Shown here one piece after another: positions 1-10,350 of a stretch of 64,000 nt of DNA. How positions within the stretch are numbered: position 1 is the first letter of the stretch; each line of letters opens with the position of its first letter. A program made the position numbers and the translations under genes. The notes below the pieces were generated by a model, which was not told where the DNA came from, ran no database searches, and saw only the letters and a program-made list of their open reading frames with translations. Source of the DNA: an uncultured Thermococci archaeon (GTDB lineage: Archaea > Methanobacteriota_B > Thermococci > Methanofastidiosales > B48-G16); contig CAZQQT010000006.1 of the NCBI GenBank assembly GCA_964595645.1, positions 64,001 through 128,000 on the forward strand, written 5' to 3'.

Positions 1-614
1 ACTTCAGAAAGAAAGATCTCCCGATAATAACGATCCCGGCACCAAAAAATCCTGAGATAATCCTCGTCTCACGAGACCCCACTACAGATTTTCTCCCAAT
101 CTATGCGTACTCTGAGCAGTATGATGCAGAACAACGACGAAAAATGTTGTTCACCGCGGCTATCCCTCATCTCCTGATTGTACAGATAACGAAATTTCTG
201 AGGGTAGGAAAAGAAAAAGGAGAGAATGAAGAGAGAATCTCTACACTGTACGAGCAAAGAGGAAAGCTCTTCACACTGTACGAGAGTACGTACTGGACAC
301 ACCTACAGAAATGTCCTACAGTCAGCTGTGCGAAAAATGGGTTCAAAAAGAAGTATGCTAGAATATGTGCAGACAAATGGCTAGAGGAAGAGTTGTCTCA
401 TGTGGTGGAAGCTCATGACATAAAAGCTCTTATTGCGTTGGGAAACGACGTTCAAGAATGGATAGATAAGTGGAACGGAAACAGAGGGAGTAAGATAATA
501 AGTTTGCCCCACCCCTCCAATCAAAACAATCGGTACTGGTGTCGTAACGAGAAGTACCAACAGAAGATCAACGAAATGGAAGAGGAAATTGAGGAACTTG
601 TGGATCTGCTTTGA
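1..614 (+). CDS. Uracil-DNA glycosylase superfamily protein, 5'-partial
   Basis: Frame is open from position 3. Motifs: IILVSRDP (motif A-like), YWTHLQKC, C..KWLEEEL..LIALG, LPHPS (motif B). Confidence 0.7.
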   Translation, partial: FRKKDLPIITIPAPKNPEIILVSRDPTTDFLPIYAYSEQYDAEQRRKMLFTAAIPHLLIVQITKFLRVGKEKGENEERISTLYEQRGKLFTLYESTYWTHLQKCPTVSCAKNGFKKKYARICADKWLEEELSHVVEAHDIKALIALGNDVQEWIDKWNGNRGSKIISLPHPSNQNNRYWCRNEKYQQKINEMEEEIEELVDLL

Positions 615-883
615 ATCATTTGGCATTGAGAAAAAGAAAACGTTTACTGATACTAACTTTAAAGAACTATCAACGTTTACTTACTCTCTGATAAAATAAT
701 TGAAAAATATATGCACCATATATTCTTCTCCTCTCTTACTCCGATCACCTAAAAATAGTCATGACACAGCGAAATATGGAGGAATGTAAAATTAAAAATT
801 TTTAAAGTATAAACATCTTCTTTTCGAACTTGTTGCTATGAAATAAAAAGAAATAAATGATTTTATAATAAAATAAAAAATTC

Positions 884-1438
884 TTAAGGTTTTCCAGAAA
901 AAATAACAACAAAAACAGCTAAATAAGAGATAAATATCAATAAAATGGCCGAAACTATATTGAAAGAAAGTACAAGAACAAGACCAAAATCAAACCAGAG
1001 GAGAATCATCCCGATATTGATACCTAAAAGTAGCTTGTGTGCACGTATGTTCGTGTCAGGGCCTGGAGTGTATACCTTCTTAAATGAGTTTATAAGATCT
1101 TCTTTGGGCAGATCAACAAAATTTTCGTCTGTATTATCTAAAAGAGTATACAATTCTTTATTTTTCCTTTGGGAGATATGTACGTTCAAAGTTGTGAGGA
1201 TAGAAAATAGAATTGCAAACCCTAAAAAAAGTATTATCAAATTCGATCTTAAATTTCTATTCATTTGTTCTATAAGCCCTGTAATTGTCAAAAGAAAAAT
1301 TGAAGTGATAAATAAAAGAAAATATGTTTTTTCCATGGCGAATTTTGTGTAATTAGGTATTTCATTTCCAATTGTTTTTATATACTCTATTATCGTATTA
1401 AAATTCCCTGTATCTTTTGGTTTCCTTTCTTCGCCCAT
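884..1438 (-). CDS. Hypothetical membrane protein (~4 TM)
   Basis: 184-aa ORF with four hydrophobic segments; AT-rich. Confidence 0.6.
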   Translation of the reverse strand: MGEERKPKDTGNFNTIIEYIKTIGNEIPNYTKFAMEKTYFLLFITSIFLLTITGLIEQMNRNLRSNLIILFLGFAILFSILTTLNVHISQRKNKELYTLLDNTDENFVDLPKEDLINSFKKVYTPGPDTNIRAHKLLLGINIGMILLWFDFGLVLVLSFNIVSAILLIFISYLAVFVVIFSGKP

Positions 1439-1506
1439 ACGATAAAGTCAGAATCAATCCTTAAATAAGTTTTTATTATTTTTTCAGAAATTATAAGGCC
1501 ATTCTT

Positions 1507-2155
1507 TTAGGCATGATGTATCTTTTCTTTCTCGAATTTCACTTTCTCTAGGTCACTGTGAAATCTATCTATTTCTTCTTGCATCAACCAATCTCTTTTG
1601 GGGTTTGGCCATTTTTCGAGTCCTTTTTTAGAGTAATAAAGGAACATATTGCTCACGGTAGCAAAAATATTCTGGCATGCTCGATCGTAGTCTTCACAGT
1701 CTGGAGGAGGAAAGGGCAAATCTCCAGATTTATGATATAGTTCCGTAACTTCTTCGTCCATCCTTTGCATTTCGGCGACAAATTTTTCTTCGGTGATCTT
1801 TTCTTGTTCATATTCTTCGAAATGCTGAGTTGCCCGCTCCGCAAAATATATCATCTCATTTAGTACAGGTTCAAGGGCACCTAAAAACTCCTCCTTATTC
1901 CCTTGATATCTCTCAAAAAGTTCTTTGCGATCCTTATAACGGTCATTCCAAAGAATTTCGATCCCTTCTAAAGTCTCATTGCCTCCTATCCCCGAGGGAC
2001 GAATCTCTGTTGGTAAGGATGAATCTATCCAACAACTCCGACAAACCCAATTTGCATTTTGTATATCTTCCATGTCGTGGGCGATAAATAGCCATACTAC
2101 ATGAGCAGGCGTTTCTCCCCACCGTCTTTCTACTCGTTCATTGCGGTAATTATTC
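1507..2155 (-). pseudogene. 5'-truncated hypothetical protein
   Basis: The frame of ORF 1507-2073 continues upstream (NYRNERVERRWGETPAHVVWLFIAHD) to an in-frame TAG with no start codon. Confidence 0.45.
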
Positions 2156-2317
2156 TAGTAAAATAAAGATGATTTGAAACATCAATAAAGCCAATCTTTT
2201 GATCTTATATCTATTTTTTCGAATTTCGATTTTCATATCTTTATCCCGTATTTGGTTTACAATATCGGTATTGAACTGTTCTTCTTGTATGATTCCAATG
2301 TTTCCTTTTTACATTTT

Positions 2318-3880
2318 TTACCTTTTTTTATCAATGGAACGTCTTATCTCTATTTCATCTTTTCGCTCCTTAAATTCTTTAACTTTTCCCTTTATCCATT
2401 CTTTTGTTCCTTTAAAGGCATCTTCGGCATTAACTTCTTTATCTTCTAACTTAAAATGAATTAAGTTATTCCACTCCTCAGCTTCCGCGATAAGTTTGTC
2501 TATGTGTTCTATTAACCCCCCAACTTGACTTTCTTCTCTTTCCTCGCCTTCACGAATAAAATCATTTAAAAACTTATATTTCTCTTCTAATTCGAATTTA
2601 GTATCCTCATTGCTTATAGAAACATTCAAATCTCTACCAAATTCCATTCTTGAGTAAGTTAACAGCAAAAGATAGTAATAGTAAATGTAATGAATAGCGT
2701 CATGGAAATCTCTTAGATCAGTAAAGTGTTTCCACGCTGTATCTCCCTTCCCTCCATATAAAAACATCAGAGTAACGAATTTAATGTCAAAGCTAACTGG
2801 GGACTCATTGGCATGCCTCGTTATCGAATCCTCTGGTGTTGTGTGCGTCCAAAGTTCTTTGAGATATTTCTGAACATCGATATTTTCATGTTCTCTACAA
2901 AAGAAGAGATACCATCCAACATCAAAAAAAGTTTTGTACAGGAGAGAACTGACATGAAGGTTGTCCACGTCGTTCTCTATCTCTGTCATAATCTTTTCCT
3001 TATTTTCTTTGAACTCTGATACTTGGTGTCTGATCCGCTCTTTGAGATTATCAAAGTTGTTCCCTCTCCAATCTTCAAATTTTTCAGGATGAGTTCTCCG
3101 TCGGTGATCTATATCGATAGCATCACAACTTTTTTCTGTGTGATCGAAGAACTCTTGAAGCATTTTTTTGAAGTTCTCATATAAATCCCTTGAGAAAAAA
3201 TTTTTAAAGAGGATAAATCTAAGGTAAAAGAGTAATTTTCTGCGTCTTTTCATAAAAGATGTAGTTTCTTCCGAACTAAAATAGTGAAATGGCACATTTG
3301 ATAGAGGAAGTTCATTTTCAATCTTTTGTTTCGATCTTAAAGGATCTAGGTGTAATGATAGGCTAAAAATATGTATCTCATCCTTGAAAAGATCGAAATC
3401 ATCGTTATCTACAATTATTTCATTACTGCGAAAAATATTGGTGCAAATAAAATTCTCCATGTATTCTTCACGAAATTTTTTGAGAGGTAGAGGATACTGC
3501 AAGACTCCCGGGAATACCTGTAGTAATCGATATTTCGAGTTATCATTAGTCTGTATAGCCACCTCTAAAAATTGGGAAAAAAAGTTTCCATGAATAGACG
3601 GAGTATCCATTATTTCGCTCAATACATCTTTATTTCCTACAATTTGAAGTGTTTTGAAAATATAATTAGATAGCGTATCAACGATCTCCCTCACTACATT
3701 ATCATTGCCCACTTGAATGGCGTTTTTGAATAGTCTAAATTTTTGTTCAAGTAAATACTTAGAAATTCTATTTTTTTCTTCGGGTAGATAGAAGAGACTT
3801 TTTTTCTCTATCGTATACTTCTCCGGGTTTTGAGCTTTCAATTTTAAGAAATTTTCAAAGATCTCAAATTTCGTCTCCAA
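2318..3880 (-). CDS. Hypothetical protein (520 aa, predicted helical)
   Basis: Long ORF in AT-rich DNA; no recognisable motif. Confidence 0.65.
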   Translation of the reverse strand: METKFEIFENFLKLKAQNPEKYTIEKKSLFYLPEEKNRISKYLLEQKFRLFKNAIQVGNDNVVREIVDTLSNYIFKTLQIVGNKDVLSEIMDTPSIHGNFFSQFLEVAIQTNDNSKYRLLQVFPGVLQYPLPLKKFREEYMENFICTNIFRSNEIIVDNDDFDLFKDEIHIFSLSLHLDPLRSKQKIENELPLSNVPFHYFSSEETTSFMKRRRKLLFYLRFILFKNFFSRDLYENFKKMLQEFFDHTEKSCDAIDIDHRRRTHPEKFEDWRGNNFDNLKERIRHQVSEFKENKEKIMTEIENDVDNLHVSSLLYKTFFDVGWYLFFCREHENIDVQKYLKELWTHTTPEDSITRHANESPVSFDIKFVTLMFLYGGKGDTAWKHFTDLRDFHDAIHYIYYYYLLLLTYSRMEFGRDLNVSISNEDTKFELEEKYKFLNDFIREGEEREESQVGGLIEHIDKLIAEAEEWNNLIHFKLEDKEVNAEDAFKGTKEWIKGKVKEFKERKDEIEIRRSIDKKR

Positions 3881-4241
3881 TATCTTTTTAACAACTATAT
3901 CCTCCCCCCTTCATATCGAAATATACATGTAAATAAGGAGATTGAACAAAAAGAGAGAAAATTCATAGAAAAAATTCAACAGTGAACTTTGGCCATGCCT
4001 CTTAGGGTTTATTTCAAAATAGAATCTAGAAAGATTGTAGATGAAACTTCTGGACTTTTCAGCGCTCCACCTTAGTATCTTGAGCCATTAAGCTTTGACC
4101 TTCTCGGGCACATCCTCCCCATAATGGATTATCAGTTTCATCCTGAGATTGATGCTTGTATGCTTGGGGTAGGTAGTGTCTCTTCTATCTTGAGCAAAAG
4201 TACTTTAAACAAAAAATCGTAATAATATATATGGCATTGCT

Positions 4242-4697
4242 ATGGACGAGGCTAAAGTTCAATCCATATTGAAACACTGGTTTGAGAAACGAGGATTTAG
4301 GACGATAGAGAATATGAGGTTATCTCCTGGAAATAATGTCGATTTGGTCGCTCAAAAAGATAACGAGAAATGGATCGTGGAGATAAAAGGCGACTACAAC
4401 AGTAGTACAGCTCAATATAGTGTGAACTTTGATACGGGTATGGGCCAAATTCTAAAAAGTATTTCAAAATTGAATAATAAAGTGAAATATGCCATTTGTA
4501 TACCCTTTAGTAGGACAGAACGTGGCGAGAGACTTTCTTATAGACTCATCCTCAATAAATACTCAAAATCCATTGCATTCAAAACACTCCAAATTCATCT
4601 TATTCTAGTTCGAGACAATGAATCTGTTGAACTAATATACCCAGAAGGAGTCAGTTCGTTTCTGGATACAATTGATCCAGCGATAAAGAGGAGGTAA
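4242..4697 (+). CDS. PD-(D/E)XK restriction-endonuclease-fold protein
   Basis: E...VDLVA...IVEIKG...GMGQI pattern; TATA-like TTTAAA at ~4204. Confidence 0.7.
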   Translation: MDEAKVQSILKHWFEKRGFRTIENMRLSPGNNVDLVAQKDNEKWIVEIKGDYNSSTAQYSVNFDTGMGQILKSISKLNNKVKYAICIPFSRTERGERLSYRLILNKYSKSIAFKTLQIHLILVRDNESVELIYPEGVSSFLDTIDPAIKRR

Positions 4698-4701
4698 GTA
4701 T

Positions 4702-5334
4702 ATGAAAAAGAGTTTAATATTGATTCCGTGTTGCGGTTCTAAAAAGGAGGGTGGTACAGTAGAGTACGACAGGGATATCTCTATCTTCCACTACCTACCA
4801 GAAAGATCGCGAGATCACTTGATGAGACTGAGGAGAACATTGTTCGAGTATTTTTCTCTTCCCAGGGGGAAAGATATAGAGTATCCTGATGAGAATACGG
4901 TACAGTATATGGAAGCTTATAAAAGATACACCGGAACTTACTCCCAGATTTACCGACGAATTTCTTCCTTCGCATGGAAAAAATTAGAAAAAACACCGCA
5001 ACTCGATCTGGTGATAGTTTCCGCATTATATGGGATAGTGAGATTCAACGAACCGATACGAAACTATAACAGAACGATGAAGGACAAGGTACAGAACCAG
5101 ACGCTAAAGACATGGTGGAGGAAACATGGCCTATGTGAGATTGTGAGAGGGTACATTGAGAACAACAGGATCACAGAATTGCATAACGTGCTGTCAAACG
5201 ATTACAACGATGCTCTTCGAGGGTGTTTTGAGAAGGTATTTACAACGTACGTCTACCATGATTTCTCAGAGTATAGAAGTGGAAGTAATGCCCATCGAGG
5301 AAAATGGGTGGACACCTTTGTAAAGAATTTTTAG
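4702..5334 (+). CDS. YaaA (DUF328)/DUF6884-like protein
   Basis: LIPCCGSKK, AYKRYTG and IVSALYG..EPI.NY motifs. Confidence 0.65.
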   Translation: MKKSLILIPCCGSKKEGGTVEYDRDISIFHYLPERSRDHLMRLRRTLFEYFSLPRGKDIEYPDENTVQYMEAYKRYTGTYSQIYRRISSFAWKKLEKTPQLDLVIVSALYGIVRFNEPIRNYNRTMKDKVQNQTLKTWWRKHGLCEIVRGYIENNRITELHNVLSNDYNDALRGCFEKVFTTYVYHDFSEYRSGSNAHRGKWVDTFVKNF

Positions 5335-5399
5335 AAAGAAGTAACGAGGATACTCTGATAACAGTAAGTACTTATATGATAAGGAAAAAAGTAAGAGTG

Positions 5400-6095
5400 A
5401 TGAGTAGAAAGATACCCAAAAATATTACACGGGAAGATGTGGTTCACGCTCTACAAGAGATTCAAGAAAAGGGAGTTCCTTCGAGATACGGATATAGAAC
5501 AAACTATGTACTGTTCGAAAATGAAAAGTTCCCGCCGAAGTATGTGATCATGGTCGCTAATAAATACGCAAATGGAAGAGAGTTGGATGCTTCTGAGCTC
5601 TATACTAACGGAGCTCGAAAATACTTAAGAGATCTTGGATTTAAAGTAATAAGAGAGGAAAAAGAAGGAATAAACGATGATGAAACAGCGGAAGAACGCT
5701 ACCAGGCCTCTGTTAGTTTGGAGAGGGATCTTCATGAATTTCTTTTTCGAAATCTCGACTTCCTAGAAGAAGGACTCCAACCGTATGAAGGGAGGACGGG
5801 GAGTGAGTACTCTACTGATGCCGGGAGGATCGATATTCTCGCTGTCGATAGGAACGGCGATCTCGTGGTAATCGAGATCAAGACGGGGACGGTAAAAGAC
5901 AAAGTGATGGGACAAATCATGCGGTACGTGGGGTTCGTGAAGGAGCACATCGCAGAGAAAACGCAGGATGTCCGGGCTATTATCGTCGCGGATGACTTCG
6001 ATGAAAACCTCAAATACTCCAAATTGATGTTTCCTAATCTCGAGTTAAAACGGTACGAAGTGAGCTTCGAGTTCACGGAGAAGAAATTTTTATAG
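5400..6095 (+). CDS. NucS/EndoMS-like PD-(D/E)XK nuclease with an N-terminal domain of the kind seen on type IV restriction enzymes
   Basis: C-terminal LERDL..GRIDILAVD..VVIEIK..GQIMRY; N-terminal ITREDV..FPPKYVI..LRDLGF. ATG at 5400 preferred over 5304. Confidence 0.7.
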   Translation: MSRKIPKNITREDVVHALQEIQEKGVPSRYGYRTNYVLFENEKFPPKYVIMVANKYANGRELDASELYTNGARKYLRDLGFKVIREEKEGINDDETAEERYQASVSLERDLHEFLFRNLDFLEEGLQPYEGRTGSEYSTDAGRIDILAVDRNGDLVVIEIKTGTVKDKVMGQIMRYVGFVKEHIAEKTQDVRAIIVADDFDENLKYSKLMFPNLELKRYEVSFEFTEKKFL

Positions 6096-6145
6096 GTGAG
6101 TAGATGGTCTTTAAAAGATCAGATAAGTTATCAAGGTAGGAGGAG

Positions 6146-6835
6146 ATGTTAGATTCGTTAGAGAGAGTACATCAGAAAGTTAGGAACAACAAAAAAGAGG
6201 AGAAATCCTTTTGTGCGGGGTACCCTTTGGCGGACAACTATGATGGGCCTGTTTTCATTGAACATGCAGGCAAGTCTGCCCCAAAGGTAATAATTGTATC
6301 TGAAAGTCCGGCTGGATTTGAGAGCATAGAATATGATTTTTCAAAGATAGATAGATGGAAAGAGAAAGTAATGGATGAGATCAGGAACTTCACGAGGTGG
6401 GAGACGATAGGGCAGTTGAACACATTGGCAAAATTTTTGGCAGCGTTAACGGCGAATAACATGTCCGACCCCGAGAATCCAATTACCGTTAACCCAATAT
6501 ACTGGACCCATGCAGTGAAATGTTTTATCCAAAGAGATGAACCGTTACACAAAGCAAAAAGACGATTGGGCAAAAGATTTGATAAGGCTTGTAGGTTTTG
6601 TGCGGGATATTTGTAAGAAGAGATCAAAACCATCAATCCCAAAGTTGTTGTTTTAGTGGGTAGCAAAGCTTTCGATGCTGTGTTTCCGAGAAGGAAAAGA
6701 GATATAATTGGAAAGTCTATAAAGTTCCTCGAAGCAGAATTCATTTATACGTACCATCCAAACGCAAGAATAAAAAGGAACTACAAGAAAAAGGCGTTCG
6801 TTCATGCCAGAAAAAGAATAAAAAGCTATTTGTAA
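6146..6835 (+). pseudogene. UDG-superfamily protein with one internal TAA (6614-6616)
   Basis: IIVSESP and YWTHAVKC before the stop. After it the same frame continues EEIKTINPKVVVLVGSKA...TYHPNAR to TAA at 6833-6835. Confidence 0.7.
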
Positions 6836-6912
6836 GAAAAAAGTATTTAGAAATATTACATATATGTTATTATTCAACGTGACAAGTATTTTATCCTTAG
6901 AACGCGTAGCGA

Positions 6913-7200
6913 TCAAATTTCAACTCTGCTCTTTCCAAAAGAGGCTTCAGCTTGTTTGAGGATAGGTTCTATCAAGGGTTCATACTCGTTGTAAGAGAAA
7001 TCCCTATCTTTCAGTATCTTTTTAATCTCGGTTTTCATTTTAAATCGCATTTTTTGTCGCTTTGTCCAATCAATCTTCGCTTTCTTTTTTAGTCGAGTTT
7101 GAATTTCAATAGCATTTTCTTTCAGCTACTCTGAGAGAATTTCTTTTTCGGTGTGTTGCGAAATCGCATCATAAAATGCGAGTTCATCTTCATTCAGTTC
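6913..7200 (-). pseudogene. hsdR: C-terminal remnant of type I restriction subunit HsdR (DUF3387-like)
   Basis: Translates LNEDELAFYDAI...IDWTKRQKMRFKMKTEIKKIL...ILKQAE with an internal TAG and no start. Confidence 0.65.
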
Positions 7201-7493
7201 AATCGTATACTCTATGTTTAATACTATCACTCTCCTTTGCGTGGGGAGGAGTGACGTTGAAGGCACTAATAACCATGCTAATAAGGACTAACAAGACCAC
7301 AAGTTCTCATTTCAATCAATCACTGTACATTTTACAAATAGAAATACTTAAGATTTTCGATAGATGATGCCAGTGTAACAAGTCCATACTTCTTGAGAGA
7401 ACTACGAACAAAATGACTGTTTTCCCAAAATAGAGTGTATGTGATGGATTTCTGTAGATTATATAGTACGAAGATTTCCCTATGATACTCAGA

Positions 7494-9545
7494 TCAACGC
7501 AACATCTTCCGTGCGAACACATAGATAAACAGTGCGATGAAGAACGCACCGATGAGGGATTCTACTGCCGAGAGCCAGCGACTCGTATTGCCTTTCGGCT
7601 TGATATATTTCGTTCCGAGTGTGGAGAATGACGCGATGCTGAAGAGAAGGCAGTAGGCGAAATTGCCGAAGGTTCTTCTAATGCCTACAGTATGTGTTTT
7701 GATAAAAGAAAAAAAGAAGCATATAGGGGAAAAAATCTTTCTATCGCGATTATTTATCTCCCAAGAAAAAAATCTGTAAAAGTTGTTGTCTAATCTATAT
7801 GGTCGAGTATTAATCTCGATTCCTAAAATCAAGAATAATCCTGCAAATCCTAATATGGTAAAAAATGAACAAATTAAAATATTTTTGATTCTTTCTCCAT
7901 ATCCACAAGTTAAATATAGAACTTGTAGCTTCCACCAGTCGAGTTGTGTTATAGATGCTTTTTTTCTCTTCATCTCCATCTCACGATAAAAAAAGTGACC
8001 TGCCATCTCACTGTTACCATGATTTTGAAATGAAATCTTTATATTTCGATATATTTTTTCCAATTGACTACAGCATAGATTTCTATCTGTCTCTTCATAA
8101 ATTTTATAATCTTCTGGTCATCCACAATCAACGAAATCTACGTTCGATAGATAAGCTCCAGAAAAAAATGTTCCATTTAGATCGGTCTCTTCAATTCGAG
8201 CATGTCCAAAGCCTTCAAAATGCTCTAAATGAATTATTCGAATTTTTTTAGGCTTTAAATAAAAAATGTATCCAAATCTTGCATTTTCTAGTTTTAAATC
8301 ATCTTCAAAAACTATTTCGGCAAAACAAGTATCACCATAAAACTTCGTTTTACTAAAATTAGCTTCTACATAAAAGATACAGGCGTCAAAATCTGTTGGA
8401 CCACGAAACTCTGTTCCTTCAAAACTTACGTTTGATTCTCCATTTTCTTTACCAAAAGTTGTATTTTTATTATCTGTATGTCGTTGAAACCGTACCATAT
8501 CTTCAAAAACAGCATCTTCAAAAGATACATTGCCCTCAAATGTCACACCACTGAAATCTGCTTCACCTTCGAAAATTGTGCCTTCATCCAATCCTCCTTT
8601 TTAAACCATGCTTCCTTTTTAAACGTGGTATCTAAAAAGAGAACTTCATCTGTAAATGTTATATCGTTGAAATTAGCAGTACCGTTGAAGTCTACATGTT
8701 CAAAGTATGCGTATCCTTTGAAGGTTGTGTGTTTAGATGGTGAGTCTTCTTCAGGCTCTATACTATTGAATTCTACACCTTCTTCAAAAGTAACATTGTC
8801 AAAAATTGTATTTCCATTAAACGTAACGTTTTGAAAAGATGCATTTCCTTTTACAATACTTGTACTGTCGCTCTGCCCGAAACGGAAATTATTTTCAAAG
8901 ACTGATCCTTTGAAGTTAACACTACTATCAAACTTGAATTCCCAAAATGATATATCTTTTTGGAAGATTGCGTTTTTGAAATGCACAAAGTCTGTGGCAT
9001 TTATATCGTGAAAGTTTACCTCTTCCTCAAAAGTTGCCTTATTGAATTTTGTACCGCCCTTTTTAAATGATACGCCCATAAATTTTGCTTTCTCTTTGAA
9101 TGTAACCCCAATAAAACTGGCATAATTATTTCCACGGTTTTCAAACGTAACATTCTCGAAAAGAACATTATCTTCAAACGTAGCATTACAAAAATTTGCA
9201 TCTGTCAGAGTAGTGTCACTACAACTTACATCCTCCTCAAAAATCGCATTGCTAAAGTCTACATCTGCAAAGGTGCCCTCACTCAAATCGATCTCAAAAG
9301 GAAATATATACCACGAAAAATCGTAGTCATGACGTTTTATCTTTTCTTCGAATTCTTCTTTTCTTTCAGTTAGTTCTTCTATTTTCTCCTCCACTTCCTC
9401 TTTTATCTTTTCATATTTCTCAATAGTGCTTCCCAATCTGATCTCCTTCTCTTTTTTCTCTGGTAAATCTTCGAACCTTCCTTCAAGTTTATTTATTTTT
9501 TTATCGATCTCCTTTTTTTTCTTTTTTGGGCATATGAAAAAATCA
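7494..9545 (-). pseudogene. Pentapeptide-repeat protein with C-terminal two-TM ion-channel-like domain, broken into three ORFs
   Basis: AxF/VxF repeats in 8543-9436 and 8118-8591; GYGE and FSTLG..SAVESLIG in 7494-8063. In-frame TGA at 8118-8120; frameshifts in A-runs near 8600 and 9515. Confidence 0.75.
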
Positions 9546-9631
9546 AAAGGCTATAGAATTGTTAAGTTTACTTAGAATTACTATTACGTAACCAAAATGT
9601 CTTCTCCACTCCTGCATTAACTCACATTAAA

Positions 9632-9743
9632 TATCGTAACGTTTTACAAGAAAACGTTAGGATTTTCTTCTCACCCCCGGGTAGATCCCCCACTACACAA
9701 AAGAATTTTCGGGAATTATCATAACGTTTTTATAGAACATTAG
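9632..9743. promoter_or_regulatory. Putative recombinase binding (res-like) site and promoter
   Basis: Perfect IR TAACGTTTT-N5-AAAACGTTA (9637-9659). A related copy TATCATAACGTTTT (9717-9730) overlaps a TTTTTATA box ~25 bp before the ATG at 9756. Confidence 0.5.
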
Positions 9744-9755
9744 CCTAATACAATC

Positions 9756-10325
9756 ATGAAAAAACCGATCCTCAAGGAAGACGTGCGGATCCTCCGACCC
9801 TCAGAGTACGATCAGCTCCGGGACGCGATCCCCAAAATGCACCACCAGATCTTTCTCGATACCCTGCTCTACAGTGGGATGCGGTACATCGAAGTGCAGC
9901 GGTTCCAGGACCATCCAGAGTGGTACGAGAAAGAGACCAGGACGATCCACATCCCCAAGGAAGGAGGGAAAAAGAAAAAGCGGACCATGAAGGATCGGTA
10001 CGTGCACCTCAACCAATCGGGATCGAATACCGTCTCCCTTTTCTTTAAACTGGACCAGGATCTCCCAGCACGGGCCACGTGGTACCAGGATCTCCAACGG
10101 TGGGGCGAGTATACCCGGATGGATACGAATGGGCTCTGTGCGAAAATGACCAGGAAAACGTGGGAATCGTGGCTCCTCACAGCCTACCCCAAGGCCACCA
10201 TCCAGGTCTGCATGTCCATGGGACATACCAAGCTTACCGCGATGGAACACTACCTGAATTTACCGTTTACTGACAGCGAACGTAAGGAGATCATCGAGAG
10301 AGTTGCAGGATGGGGAGGACTGTAA
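9756..10325 (+). CDS. Tyrosine recombinase, catalytic domain only
   Basis: LLYSGMRY (R), KMTRKT (K-x-x-R in place of H-x-x-R), MGH, EHY; 189 aa; GC-rich. Confidence 0.8.
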   Translation: MKKPILKEDVRILRPSEYDQLRDAIPKMHHQIFLDTLLYSGMRYIEVQRFQDHPEWYEKETRTIHIPKEGGKKKKRTMKDRYVHLNQSGSNTVSLFFKLDQDLPARATWYQDLQRWGEYTRMDTNGLCAKMTRKTWESWLLTAYPKATIQVCMSMGHTKLTAMEHYLNLPFTDSERKEIIERVAGWGGL

Positions 10326-10350
10326 CATGAAGATTCTGAGATGAGAGTAG

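Noticed and set aside
635-682. AACGTTTACT occurs twice and resembles an arm of the recombinase site
   Set aside because: Short and AT-rich; a similar AAACGTTTA occurs as an ordinary BRE/TATA promoter near 56727.
6614-8120. In-frame stops as possible recoding (Sec, Pyl or an alternative genetic code)
   Set aside because: All three stop types occur, they are confined to decaying cargo, and core genes use TAA, TAG and TGA as normal stops.
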